DNA of 64,000 nucleotides from Lingula anatina. Lineage: Eukaryota; Animalia; Brachiopoda. This document shows positions 39,015-51,400 of the stretch, piece after piece (position 1 is the stretch's first letter; every line of letters starts with the position of its first letter). Made by a program: the position numbers and the translations under genes. The stretch covers positions 9,610,001-9,674,000 of the forward strand of contig CM120642.1 of the NCBI GenBank assembly GCA_051362555.1, given 5' to 3'. Below the pieces are notes generated by a model, which was not told the DNA's origin, did not search any database, and worked only from the letters and a program-made list of their open reading frames with translations.

Positions 39015-42000
39015 ATCTAAAACACTACAAGATATGTAAATGAAAATATTGTACATAACAAGTCACAAACATTTCACCACAGATCATAAAGCATATTAAA
39101 ACAAAAAGTAAAATCTTAACAGTGCTTAAAATTTAGATTGAGGAAATACAGATGATGCTCAATTATGCAGTTTATCAAAAGAAGTATAACTTGGAAGTTA
39201 AGTTACTTCAGGAACAAACCAGTTAGCCAGAGGAAACATTTCAAATTACTATTTAATTTTTCAGTTAAAAGTTTATCATTTTAGATTGAAATGCCAGATT
39301 ATTTCCATGTTATAAGTCTGAATAATAAAATTAAGAAAATTTGTAGCTACAGCACTATCTAAGTCAAAATATCAACAATATACACTGGTCACATTACAGA
39401 TGGCCATATCACAATAGAGATGACCATGTTAAAGCTGATGTCCAGTATGTACCTGGTAAATTATTAACATATCCTCCGTCCATCAGTAAGTGACCGTCCA
39501 TGGGATCACACAATGGCGGCATATATCCCGCGAGGGACATGCTAGAACGTACATAGCGCCACAGGGACCCTAGAAAAAGAAAGGGAAAATTCCTCTCCCT
39601 TAGACTACTGGGTCTCAACACACAAAATACCTGGTAAGTTGTTGCAATAACCGCCATCTAAAATAAGATGTCCGTCCTGGGGATCACACAGAGGAGGGAA
39701 GTAGCCAGCCAGTGACATGCTGGCCCTGATGTATCTCCACAAGGAGCCTGTAAAAACACAATCCTCAGTCAACATAACACAGTGGTGAATGCACCACGGC
39801 ACCAGTGCGCACATGCACATTGCCTACCAGAGCATGCACCGCATGTTTGTACACAGCATGCATTTTAGTTGTTTACCTGGGACGTTATCTACGTAAGCTC
39901 CGTCCACAAGTAAATGTCCGTCCCGCGGATCACAGATAGGAGGTAGTGCGCTCGCAATGGACATGCTGCCACGCACATAACGCCACAAGCACCCTACAAA
40001 GAGCCGGATACAGCAAATACAATCTTTCCTGCTGGAGTTAAGTGTAGAAAACCTACTGCACAGAAAAAAAGGCTTGTTAGTAAAAAAGAAGACAAGTTTA
40101 GAAATTTGCACCTTCTGTTTGTTTCTTTTTTTTTTCATAAGCCAAAAAATAAAAACCAATCCATATTACATATCATTAAATGGGTCAATACAAGAAAGAT
40201 TTTGGCTTTCCTGCATGTGAAAATTTCTAACCTTACAAACTGTAAAAGTCAAACATTAAAGTGAGATAACCATTAGCCAGGTATGCACCACCTAGCTGCT
40301 CAACTTTCAGTGTAATGAGGTAAATAGATAAAATCAAATTTTGTCATTCAAGCGTCTAGTTAAATTCTACAAGTCTTTATTTGCTTTTGGCAAGTAAAAT
40401 TAGAAAAATAAAATAAAATAAAGCTGCTTATATCAAGTCTTTGTCCAGTGCTATAAGGCTTTTCCACTCAAGCATCATATCTTATATATACAGTTGTATT
40501 GTTATTCTTTAAGAGGCTCAACTATGTATGATTATGCTACACAGGAATTAACTCCCTTTCAAAAGTCCTTCATAAATTCGCTTCAACCTGCTTAAACATT
40601 TTACTGACTCTTATATAAAAGCTACACTATTAATTTGTCAACCTCTTTAACATGCCAATACAACTGTATCACCAAGATAGACTGCTTGATGTGAAAAGAA
40701 ATAAAGTGTTAACCTGGCTTGGTGTCATACATTTCTTACAATTGACTGCTTTCCCACTAACAGATACAGTGATCCAGCTTTATCAAGTCATTAGTGTGAA
40801 GTGATGTTCAAACAAATGGGATCATTTTCACATTTTGTTCTTAACAAAGGTAACGTTGTGCAATATGGTTATGACTCTTCCCTAGCCATGCATCACATTT
40901 TTTAAGCCCTAGACTCAAACAGTCGAAATAGAAGACAAAAAATTAAAAATGTGAAACTGATCCTTAACATTTTACAGCAATAACACATGATAAAAGAGAA
41001 ATATTTTTCTAAGATATCAGTACGGTGTAAAAGTAGGTGGTTTCATATGTTAGATTTTATAACAAATGGAATTAAGTTCAAGTAACAAAGATAAGACTAT
41101 GAAAGACATGGTTGTGACATCATACTGACCATATGCATGCACCTCATTACTTGCATTTTAACTTTCTTAAAATTAGTTGAGTCAAACTGATACTTAACAT
41201 TTAATACATTATGAAATTAAAGAAATATTTTGTTTACTAAAATATCAGTAGGTGGTATCATAGGTTAGATCAAACAATTTGTTCTCAAAATGGATCAAGA
41301 TGGGAAGGGAGGAACTGGAAGTAAAGGCACTGTTAAACCAACAGAGGTAGTGATAAAAAAATTGCAACAAATGCTAAACTTCAACACTGAACATAATTAA
41401 GCATGCAAATTTCAACATAACTTTCACCAATATTTTCATTATAATTATCACCATACAATTTTCTTTAAACTGCCATGTCTTTTTTCATTTACCCAGGGGC
41501 ACCCACCTAGTATATTCAACAAACACATCCAGAATATATCAGGCTGTGCCTTCACCCACTTGCACCCACATAAATCACTCACCCACTCTATGTAACCCAC
41601 CTGAGGTATGTACCCTCATCTTAGAGGAGGTAATATCAGTAGTAATACAGAAGTAAGGAAGCCAAAGGTCTTCTATCTGAGTGTCTCGGAAGACTTCTTC
41701 CAAACTGTTGTTGAATGATCCACCTGTATACAGAGAAAAAATGTAGTACTGTAGTACCAAAGAAACATATAGCATTTAATTGTTGCTAGTTCTGTCAAAA
41801 CCTAAAATACTCAAAGTGAATTATAAACAATTCTAAAAATATCATAATTGAAATGAGAATATGTAAATTAATTTCGAATTCAGATGGAATCAGGGAATGA
41901 CATGAAAGTGATGGCCTACAGTTCAATGAGCTTAAAAGCATGACTAAATCTGCACTGATTCAGACAAATTGGTTCCTTTTCTTTAGAAGTGATATGATAA

Positions 42001-45000
42001 CAATTAAACACATTCTAAATAGCAGTCAGTGATTTACTGGATCTAAGAACATAACTTAAAGAAAACCAGACTTAATCTAGCTGAAATACAAAAACATCTT
42101 ATGTTAGAAATATTTTTATTGAAACCAGTCTAAAAGTCTGCAACTTGCTATCAGTAAAGACCAACAAATAAGTTTCCAACTTGCCTGTGAAGAAGGAGGT
42201 CACTGGGTAGGTGAGGTCAAAAATCTTCTTCCACAAACAATTCATTTCCTAAAACAACAGGGGATTATTTATTATTTTATCAATCATGTGAAAATGATGT
42301 TTCCTCGTCATGATAAACTTCTCCATATGGTACACAAAGAATCAGTGCTTTTTCTCCCTTACACTACAGCATTGTTATCTTTCTAAATGCTACATTCTAA
42401 ATTGTGCTACACATATACATACATTTTCCAAAAAACATGCTAAATCAAAATCAAAGTAAAAACACTGAAAAAGAACACTGCCACAAAGCATCTTATATAA
42501 ATATATTTTAAAAGAATAAGGTGGGGTTTTTCCATAACATACATGATTACACCCACGGCATAATGCTGTACAGAGACTACCATCTAATCTCAGCAGTTTG
42601 ACTATTCTTACCATAGCCCACTCCCTGGCCCTTTGTTTTAGCCTGGTAATGTTCCTTTCATCACACCAGATGGCCCCTATGAATGCCCCGATGCTGGTGC
42701 CACCTACAATATCTATAGGTATCCCTGCTTCTACTATTGACTTGATCATTCCGATATGAGCACATCCCCTAAAATAGAATTATTTTCTTAAATGTATTAA
42801 ATGTGTCATACCTGAAGGAGAAATGCACCAGTGAGAAAAAAAAAACATTCCATTAACCCTAAACATATTCATATATCATCAAGTTTTGGGAAGCACTGAT
42901 GTCTGTAAAGCACATTTGGTGATTGTACAAGTAGTAAAATTATGTTCAACTTGATAATTTCAGACAGGCAAAATTTGTCTTATTCAAGCTTGTCCTTTGA
43001 TTTTAACAGAAAAAATATGTATCTGAGAGAATTTTTTTAAACATAAATAAATCAATGCATTATATAATTACAAAAACATCTTTTAATTCTTAATTTTCTG
43101 ATGTTAAAATTTTTGATCTCTTAAATATGAACTAAATTTAAAATAAAATTTTAATATCAAAACATTCTAATCCCAGTAATCACCACCGGTGTTCAAAACA
43201 TACCTGGCCCCTCCACCCCCCAGTACCAGGCCTATGGAGGTGCCGGTCAGGAAGCGGGCGAGACGAGAGAAGTCTGAATGTCGATCAGGTTCTGTTTGGA
43301 AGATCTTGTCATATTTTTGCATCTTAAAGTAAAAAGAAACAATGACATATTCAATTACGAAGATAGCACATGATTGACAGAATGATGTATTTAATCAAAA
43401 TTGTCACCATATAAAAAAATTTAATGATGCCATTGTAAAATGTAAGTGTTCTAATAGACAAACAATCACTGCCTCCTGTTCACAAGTGATTTTAGAAACT
43501 CCTATTTCATTTATATAAAATATACTCTTTTTCTTTATTTATTATTTTTCTTTCTGGTTACTGACATTAATATTACCTATGGCATAATCCAAAGCACTCT
43601 TCAAAGCTTTTGGATCAACTTCTGCATCATAAAACCACAAACCGAAAACAAGGCAGCAAAGCTGTCAAATGTACAGACAAAAAACAGAAAATAAAGATGC
43701 AAAATAGGTCATTTTGTCAATTTTGATGCAATAATAAATAATGCTTATAATAGCACTGTCAGTCAACACTGAATTTTAATCATGCACAACAGGTAAAATG
43801 GTCAATAACATGAGCGGACCCAGAGATATTTTCTGACAGTATTCCAAAGTATCTATTTTGATCCATCCTCCATTTTGATGGTCTTCCAACAGAAGAAAAA
43901 ATAGATACCAGGCAATATAAACTTAATAACCTGACTGTCTTCCGGAAGACCCAGAAGATGGTCTCAATCTACCCTTTCAATAAGATTACAGTTTTAGGAC
44001 CATGAGTTTAAATTCACATGATGAAAGTCTCAATATTTGAACAAGGCAGCAAAGCTGTCAAATGTACAGACAAAAAACAGAAAATAAAGATGCAAAAAAA
44101 GGTCATTTTGTCAATTTTGATGCAATAATAAATAATGCTTATAATAGCACTGTCAGTCAACACTGAATTTTAATCTTGCACAACAGGTAACATGGTCAAT
44201 AACAGGAGCGGACCCAGAGATATTTTCTGACAGTATTACGAATCTATGTTGATCCATCCTCCATTTTGATGGTCTTCCAACAGAAAAAAATAGATACCAG
44301 TCAATATAAACTTAATAACCTGACTGTCTTCCGGAAGACCCAGAAGATGGTCTCAATCCACCCCTTCAATAAGATTACAGTTTCAGGACCATGAGAGTTC
44401 AAATTCACATTATGAAAGTCTCAATATTTGAAAAATGATGACAGTGCATAAAATAATATTACATAATGTTTAAAGACATAAAAAACAATACAACTGCTTA
44501 TGTAGAAATACAGAAAATGTGCAGAGCCCCAGGCAGATGAGAGCCTGCCTGGGGCTAAAAGTCACAAATGCAAGTGTTTGAGAAAAAATTATAAAGGAAA
44601 ACAACAAAACTAGAAAAGCACTTTGAGAGTGCAGACCTCTGCCAAGGCAGCAATTGTTGATTATTATTGATAATTGATTGATTATTGATCCGGACCACCA
44701 CCAAAAATTAATCATTGTCCTCTTTGGCCCACTTCCGACAGTTCCTGAAAATTTCTGCAAAATCAGTCCATAACTTTTTGTGTTATGTGGATGACAGACA
44801 AACAGGGGTGAAAATATAACCTCCTTGGCAGAGCTTGAGGTAAATATAATTCCAATGAAGCTGCTATTCAAACTTTTAATCTTCCAGTTTGATATATATA
44901 TACATATATATATAAATAAAAAACTTATTTGCAATATTAAACAAAATTTACCTGCATAATTATCACTGCTTCCTTATTATTAATCTAGCAGAGAGCTTTA

Positions 45001-48000
45001 CCTTTGGGAGTTTACAGGGAAATATCAACAAGTGTGCTTTACGTAATCTCATTTAATGGCCTATTAAAGCAAATGACTTTATAACTCTGAAATTAATCTA
45101 GTGATACCCAAGGGTAATTTACAGACTGACCCACTCAAAGGTCTTCAGGCCCATAAGTCACACCTTAAGAAAAGCACAAAACCATAATGCCCAAAATAGG
45201 AGACTACCAATCCTGATGCAATAATACATTATGTCAACATCAACTTATGCACAACAGGTAACACAGACGAAAGTAAAAGCATAAGGCTTCAGGCCCATCA
45301 GAGTTCAAGTTTATACTTAGAAAGTGCCAGAATGAGAAAAATGAAAATTTCACAAAAAATGCATAAATACAATAAACATGATAATCCAATAGAGCTGGTT
45401 TTCTCATGAGCTGAAGGCCAATCCTAAAAATCGTACTTGTAAGTTTAAAATTATAATAAGTAGCACAGTTTTCTTTTCATAATGTTTGCAGTAGCAGTGC
45501 AAAAAGATTGTCAATTTTGATGTAACATTACATAATAAATTAGAGAATAATTATCATCAATTTTTGTTTATTGACTATAAATAGGATGGACATGTAGAAA
45601 ATATGATTACCATTTGGCTTCATGTCCATGGGAGCTCCGAGTCCCACAATGAATATGCCAAAAAAGATAATGAATATAACACTAAAATGTATAGCTTCCA
45701 GAAAAAGAAGCCAATTAGACTGCTTTTCTAACTCAGGCTGCATTTTAGTCCTGTGTTTCTTTTTTGAAAGTTTGACAGTTATAAGTAACACGGTTTTTCC
45801 ATAATGGTCATCAAGGCAGCAGCACCAAAAATTGTTTTCTTCTATTTTGATGCAACATTACATAATGCTTAACAGCATAATGACCATCGATTTTTAATAA
45901 TAAAATATAAGTGTCATGGATTTTCACAAAATGTGACTAGCACGGGTCTTCAAGCCCGTGGAGGTTCTAAGTCACACCTTGGAAATGCCAATATGTGAAA
46001 AATTAAATTTTCACAAAAAACTGTTTAATTGCCAGAAAAATTTACCAAACAGACTGCATTGCCTACTGAAGCTGTATTTTAGACCCACGTTTCTTTCCTG
46101 TAAGTTTGAGAACAGTAATTAACATGACTTTTGTTAAATGGTCATCATGGGAGCAGTGCCCAAAATAGGGGTTTCTTCAAATTTTGATGCAACATTACAT
46201 AATGTTTAACAGCATAATGACCATCAATTTTTAATTATAAAATATTAGTATCATGGATATTCAGGAAATGTGACAAGCAAAGGTCTTCAGGATCATGGAA
46301 CTTCAAAGTCACACCTTGAAAATGCCAATAAGTGAAAAATTAAATTTTCACAAAAAACTGTTTAATTGCCAGAAAAATTTACCAAACAGACTGCATTGCC
46401 TACTGGAGCTGTATTTTAGTCCCATGTTTCTTTCCTGTAAGTTTGAGAACAGTAAGTGACATGATTTTCCTTAAATGGTCATCATGGGAGCAGTGCCCAA
46501 AATAGGGGTTTCTTAAAATTTTCATGCAATATTACATAATGTTTTACTGCATAATGACCATCAATTTTTAATTATAAAATATTAGTATCATGGTTATTCA
46601 GAAAATGTGACTAGCAAAAGCCTTCAGGCCCATGGAACTTCAAAGTCACATATTGAAAATGCCAAAATGTAAACAATACAGCACTGTTCTGAAATGGGTT
46701 TATTTCCATTTTTAACACTTTTTAAACATAAAACAACATAAACAGTTTACTGCCATTTTTATATGACCAATGAAGAAAATTGATGAGATGGGAAAAGTAT
46801 CAATAGAACAGTTTTAAATGTCCAACTTCCTCCATTCTGAGATTCTGAACATAGTGGATGAATACATCTGACAAACTGCAATGATATGAGTTTATTTCCA
46901 TTTTTGACACTTTATTACACAATACATGATAACAAGTTTACCATCATTTTTACAAAATCAACTAACAATGTTGTAAAGATGCAGGAAATGCCAAACAAAC
47001 ACATTTACGTATCTTATTAGTTCAATAATGAGACTGTTAACATGCCTAAGAATTGAATGTGAGGAAATGTGAAAAAACAGCATTACCTTTTAAAATAATG
47101 GACTGATTACGCTGATTTTCAAACTCAACCTGCGTTTTAGTAAGATTGGCCCCTCCTGTGAGTATAATGACAATTGGCCAATCTGTTTTTCTTATATTGT
47201 GTTATCAGTGTTGCATATATACTGAAAAAAGTGAAAAAATAGCCTAAATTCACTAAAAATGACCCAATCATGCTGATTTTCGAACTTGACCTGCGTATTA
47301 TGAATATTCATCAGTTCTGTAGGTTTCAAGCCAAAAGGTCAAATGGTTTTCCATTTATGGTGTTATCCGTGCTGCATATATGCTGAAAAAAGAGAAAAAA
47401 AAGCCTAAATTCACTAAAAATGACCCAATCACGCCGATTTTCGAACTTGACCTGCGTATTATGTATATTCATCAGTTCTGTAAGTTTCAAGCCAAAAGGT
47501 AAAATGGTTTTCCACTTATTGTGTTATCGGTGCTGCATATATGCTGAAAAAAGTGAAAAAACAGCATAAATTCCCTATAAGTGACCCGATCATGCTGATT
47601 TTCGAACTCGACCTGCGTATTATGAATATTCATCAGTTCTGTAAGTTTCAAGCCAAAAGGTACAATGGTTTTCCACTTATCGTGTTATCGGTGCTGCATA
47701 TATGTTGAAAAAAGTGAAAAAACAGCATAAATTCCCTAAGAGTGACCCGATCATGCTGATTTTCGAACTTGACCTGCGTATTATGAATATTCATCAGTTC
47801 TGCAAGTTTCAAAGCAAAAGGCAAAATGGTTTTCCACTTATCGTGTTATCGGTAAAAGTGCACGGCGACGGCGACGGCGACGGCGACAGCAACGACGGCG
47901 ACGACGGCGACGACAGACGCAGATGATGGCTATATGTACAGACACATCTGTGTCTGTACATAAAAATGATGACAGTGCATAAAATAATATTACATAAGTA

Positions 48001-48363
48001 ACATAATGTTTAAAGACATAAAAAACAATACAACTGCTTATGTGGAAATACAGAAATGTCAGAGCCTCAGGCGGATGAGAGTTAAAAGTCACAAATGCAA
48101 GTGTTTGAGAAAAAATTATAAAGGAAAACATAACAAAACTAGAAAAGCGCTCCGAGAGTGCAGACCTCTGCCAAGGTAGCAATTGTTGATTATTATTGAT
48201 TATTGTCCTCTTTGGCCCACTTCTGACAGTTCCTGAAAATTTCAGCAAAATCGGTCCATAACTTTTTGAGTTATGTTGATGACAAACAGGGGTGAAAATA
48301 TAACCTCCTTGGCAGAGGTAAATATAATTCCAATGAAGCTGCTATTCAAACTTTTAATCTTTG

Positions 48364-48442
<79 letters not shown>

Positions 48443-51400
48443 CTTATTTGCAATATTAAACAAAATTCACCTGCATAATTATCACTGCTTCCTTATTATT
48501 AATCTAGCAGAGAGCTTAACCTATGGGAGTTTACAGGGAAATATCAACAAGTGTGCTTTATGTAATCTCATTTAATGGCCGATTAATTAGGCAAATTACT
48601 TTATAACACTGAAATTAGCTAAGTGATACCCAAGGGAAATTTACAGACTGACCCTCTCAAAGGTCTTTCAGGCCCATAAGTCACAACTTAAGAAAAGCAC
48701 AAAACAATAATGCACAAAATAGGAGACTACCAATTCTGATGCAATAATACATTATGTTTAAGTGCAAAGTCAACATCAAATTTTAATTTTGCACAACAGG
48801 TAACACCAACGAAAGTAAAAGCATAAGGCTTCAGGCCCATCAGAGTTCAAGTTTATACTTAGAAAGTGCCAGAATGAGAAAAATGAAAATTTCACACAAA
48901 ATTGCATAAATTCAATAATAAATGATAACCCAATTGACCTGGCTTTCTAATTTGAACTGCATGCCAATCCTTAAAATCATACTTGGAAGTTAAAAATAAT
49001 AATAAGTAACACAGTTTTCTTTTCATAATGTTTGCAGTAGCAGTGCAAAAAGATTGTTGTCAATTTTGATGTAACATTACATAATAAATTGTAGAATAAT
49101 TATCAACAATTTTTGATTATTGACTATAAATAGCATGGACATGTAGAAAATTTGATTACCATTCGCCTTCATGTCCATGGGAGCTCCGAGTCCCACAATG
49201 AATATGCCAAAAAGATAATGAATATTTCACTCAAATGTATAACTTCCAGAAAAAGAAGCCAATTAGACTGCTTTTCCAAGTCAGGCTGCATTTTAGTCCA
49301 GTGTTTCTTTTTTAAAGGTTTGACAGTCATAAGTAACACATTTTTCTCATAATGGTCATCATGGCAGCGGCACCAAAAATTGTGTTTTCTTCTATTTTGA
49401 TGCAACATTACATAATGCTTAACAGCATAATGACCATCAATTTTTTAATAATAGAATATTAGTAACATGAACATTCAGAAAACGTGACAAGCAAAGGTCT
49501 TCAGGATCATGGAACTTCAAAGTCACACCTTGAAAATGCCAATAAGTGAAAAATAAATTTTCACAAAAAACTGTTTAATTGCCAGAAAAAAATTACCAAA
49601 CAGGCTGCATTGCCTACTAAAGCTGTAATTTAGACCCATATTTCTTTCCTGTAAGTTTGAAAACAGTAAGTGACATGATTTTCCTTAAATGGTCATCATG
49701 GGAGCAGTGCCCAAAATAGGGGTTTCTTCATATTTTGATGCAACATTACATAATGTTTAACAGCATAACGACCATCAATTTTTAATAATGGAATATTAGT
49801 AACATGGACATTCAGAAAATGTGACTAGCAAAGGTCTGCAGGCTCATGGAACTTCAAAGTCACATCTTAAAAATGCCAAAATATAAACAAGACAGCACTG
49901 TTCTGAAATGGGTTTATTTTCATTTTAACACTTTTTTAACATAAAACAAAATAAACAGTTTACTGCCATTTTTATATGACCAACTAAGAAAATTGATGAG
50001 ATGGGAAAAATATCAATAGAGCAGTGTTAAATGTCCAATTTCCTCCATTCTGAGATTCTGAACATAATGGATGATTGAATCTAACAAACTGCAATGATAT
50101 GAGTTTATTTCCATTTTTGACACTTTATTACACAATACACGATATCAAGTTTACCATCATTTTTACATAATCAACTAACAATTTTGTAAAGATGCAGGCA
50201 ATATCAAACTAACACTTTTACATATCTTATTAGTTAAATAATGAGACTGTTAACATGCTTAAGAATTGAATCTGAGAAAATGTGAAAAAACAGCATAACT
50301 TCTAAAATAATGGCCCGTTTATGCTGATTTTCGAAATCAACCTGCGTTTTAGTAAGATTGACCACTCCTGTAAGTATAATGACAATTGTCCTATCTGTTT
50401 TTCTTATATTGTGTTATCAGTGTTGCATATATGTTCAAAAAAGTGAAAAAACAGCATAACTCCCCTAAAAATGGCCCGATCATGCTGATTTTCGAACTTG
50501 ACCTGCGAATTATGAATATTTATCAGTTTTGTAAGTTTCAAGCCAAAAAGTAAAATGGTTTTCCACTTATTGTGTTATCGGTGCTGCATATATGCTGAAA
50601 ATAGTGAAAAAACAGCATAACTTCCCTATAAGTCACCCATTCATGCTGATTTTCGAACTTGACCTGCGTATCATGAATATTCATCAGTTCTGCAGGTTTC
50701 AAGCCAAAAGATAAAACGGTTCTTCACTTATCGTGTTATCGGTGAAAGTGCACGACGGCGACGACGACAGACGCAGATGATGGCTATATGTACAGACACA
50801 TCTGTGTCTGTACATAAAAAGTAATCTGCAGAATCAAATGTATCACATCAAAGTGTACTCACAATCTGCTCAGGTGTTTTCCTACTGTAAGTGAATACTC
50901 TGCCTGGACACCTGACATGGAATACAGAGCTACACCAGCCCCTGGGGTTCAACCACTCGGCTGTACGCTGAGGCTTCCCGCTGTCCTCACTGTACAACAA
51001 GATCATCTCCCTCTGAGCCCTCACAGACATGTTTTCTAGTTGTTTCTCAAGCTAAGGTATAAGAAGAATATATAGGTAAATTTTGTTTTGCAAAGGTTCT
51101 CTCTTCTCTTCTCTCCATGTTCCAACAGCAAATTTTTTAAAAACTTAACAAAAAAAGAAAAAGGAGAACTTCTTTTACCAGTCTACCTATCTATATAAGT
51201 TTACATGTCTATGTAGGTATGAAATCCTCAGTACACAACTCCCAAAATATTCAAGGATGAATTTACTATGGCTAAAGCGACAGCAAAGAATGCTTCATGT
51301 GTGACAGTGGATGAGCCAGAACACAATGCTATATGATACTCACCTTCCCCACAGTGGGTTCACTTTCAGCCAGTGTGACAATAAATATGCAGTCAGCCTG

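Larger units (their letters stand above)
43648..50820 (-). mobile_element. Family A element (outer) filling most of the 7.5-kb NTE intron
   Basis: 3' end at 43648, 5' end at 50820; interrupted at ~44040 and resumes at ~47965. Confidence 0.85.

Noticed and set aside
39409-40159. Three separate small genes or pseudogene fragments
   Set aside because: Homology is confined to exactly 117 nt between AG and GT in each case, with no stops or frameshifts, so they are best read as duplicated exons of one gene.
40000-41500. A fourth copy of the catalytic exon, or Dscam-like docking/selector pairing
   Set aside because: No further LWRY/DGx-type exon seen, and I could not identify convincing long-range complementary sequences by eye; a folding and conservation analysis would be needed.
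44470-44934. 154-aa ORF and related ORFs at 34479, 34657, 47838 and 48273
   Set aside because: All derive from family A repeat interior or TA microsatellites; frames are not conserved between copies.
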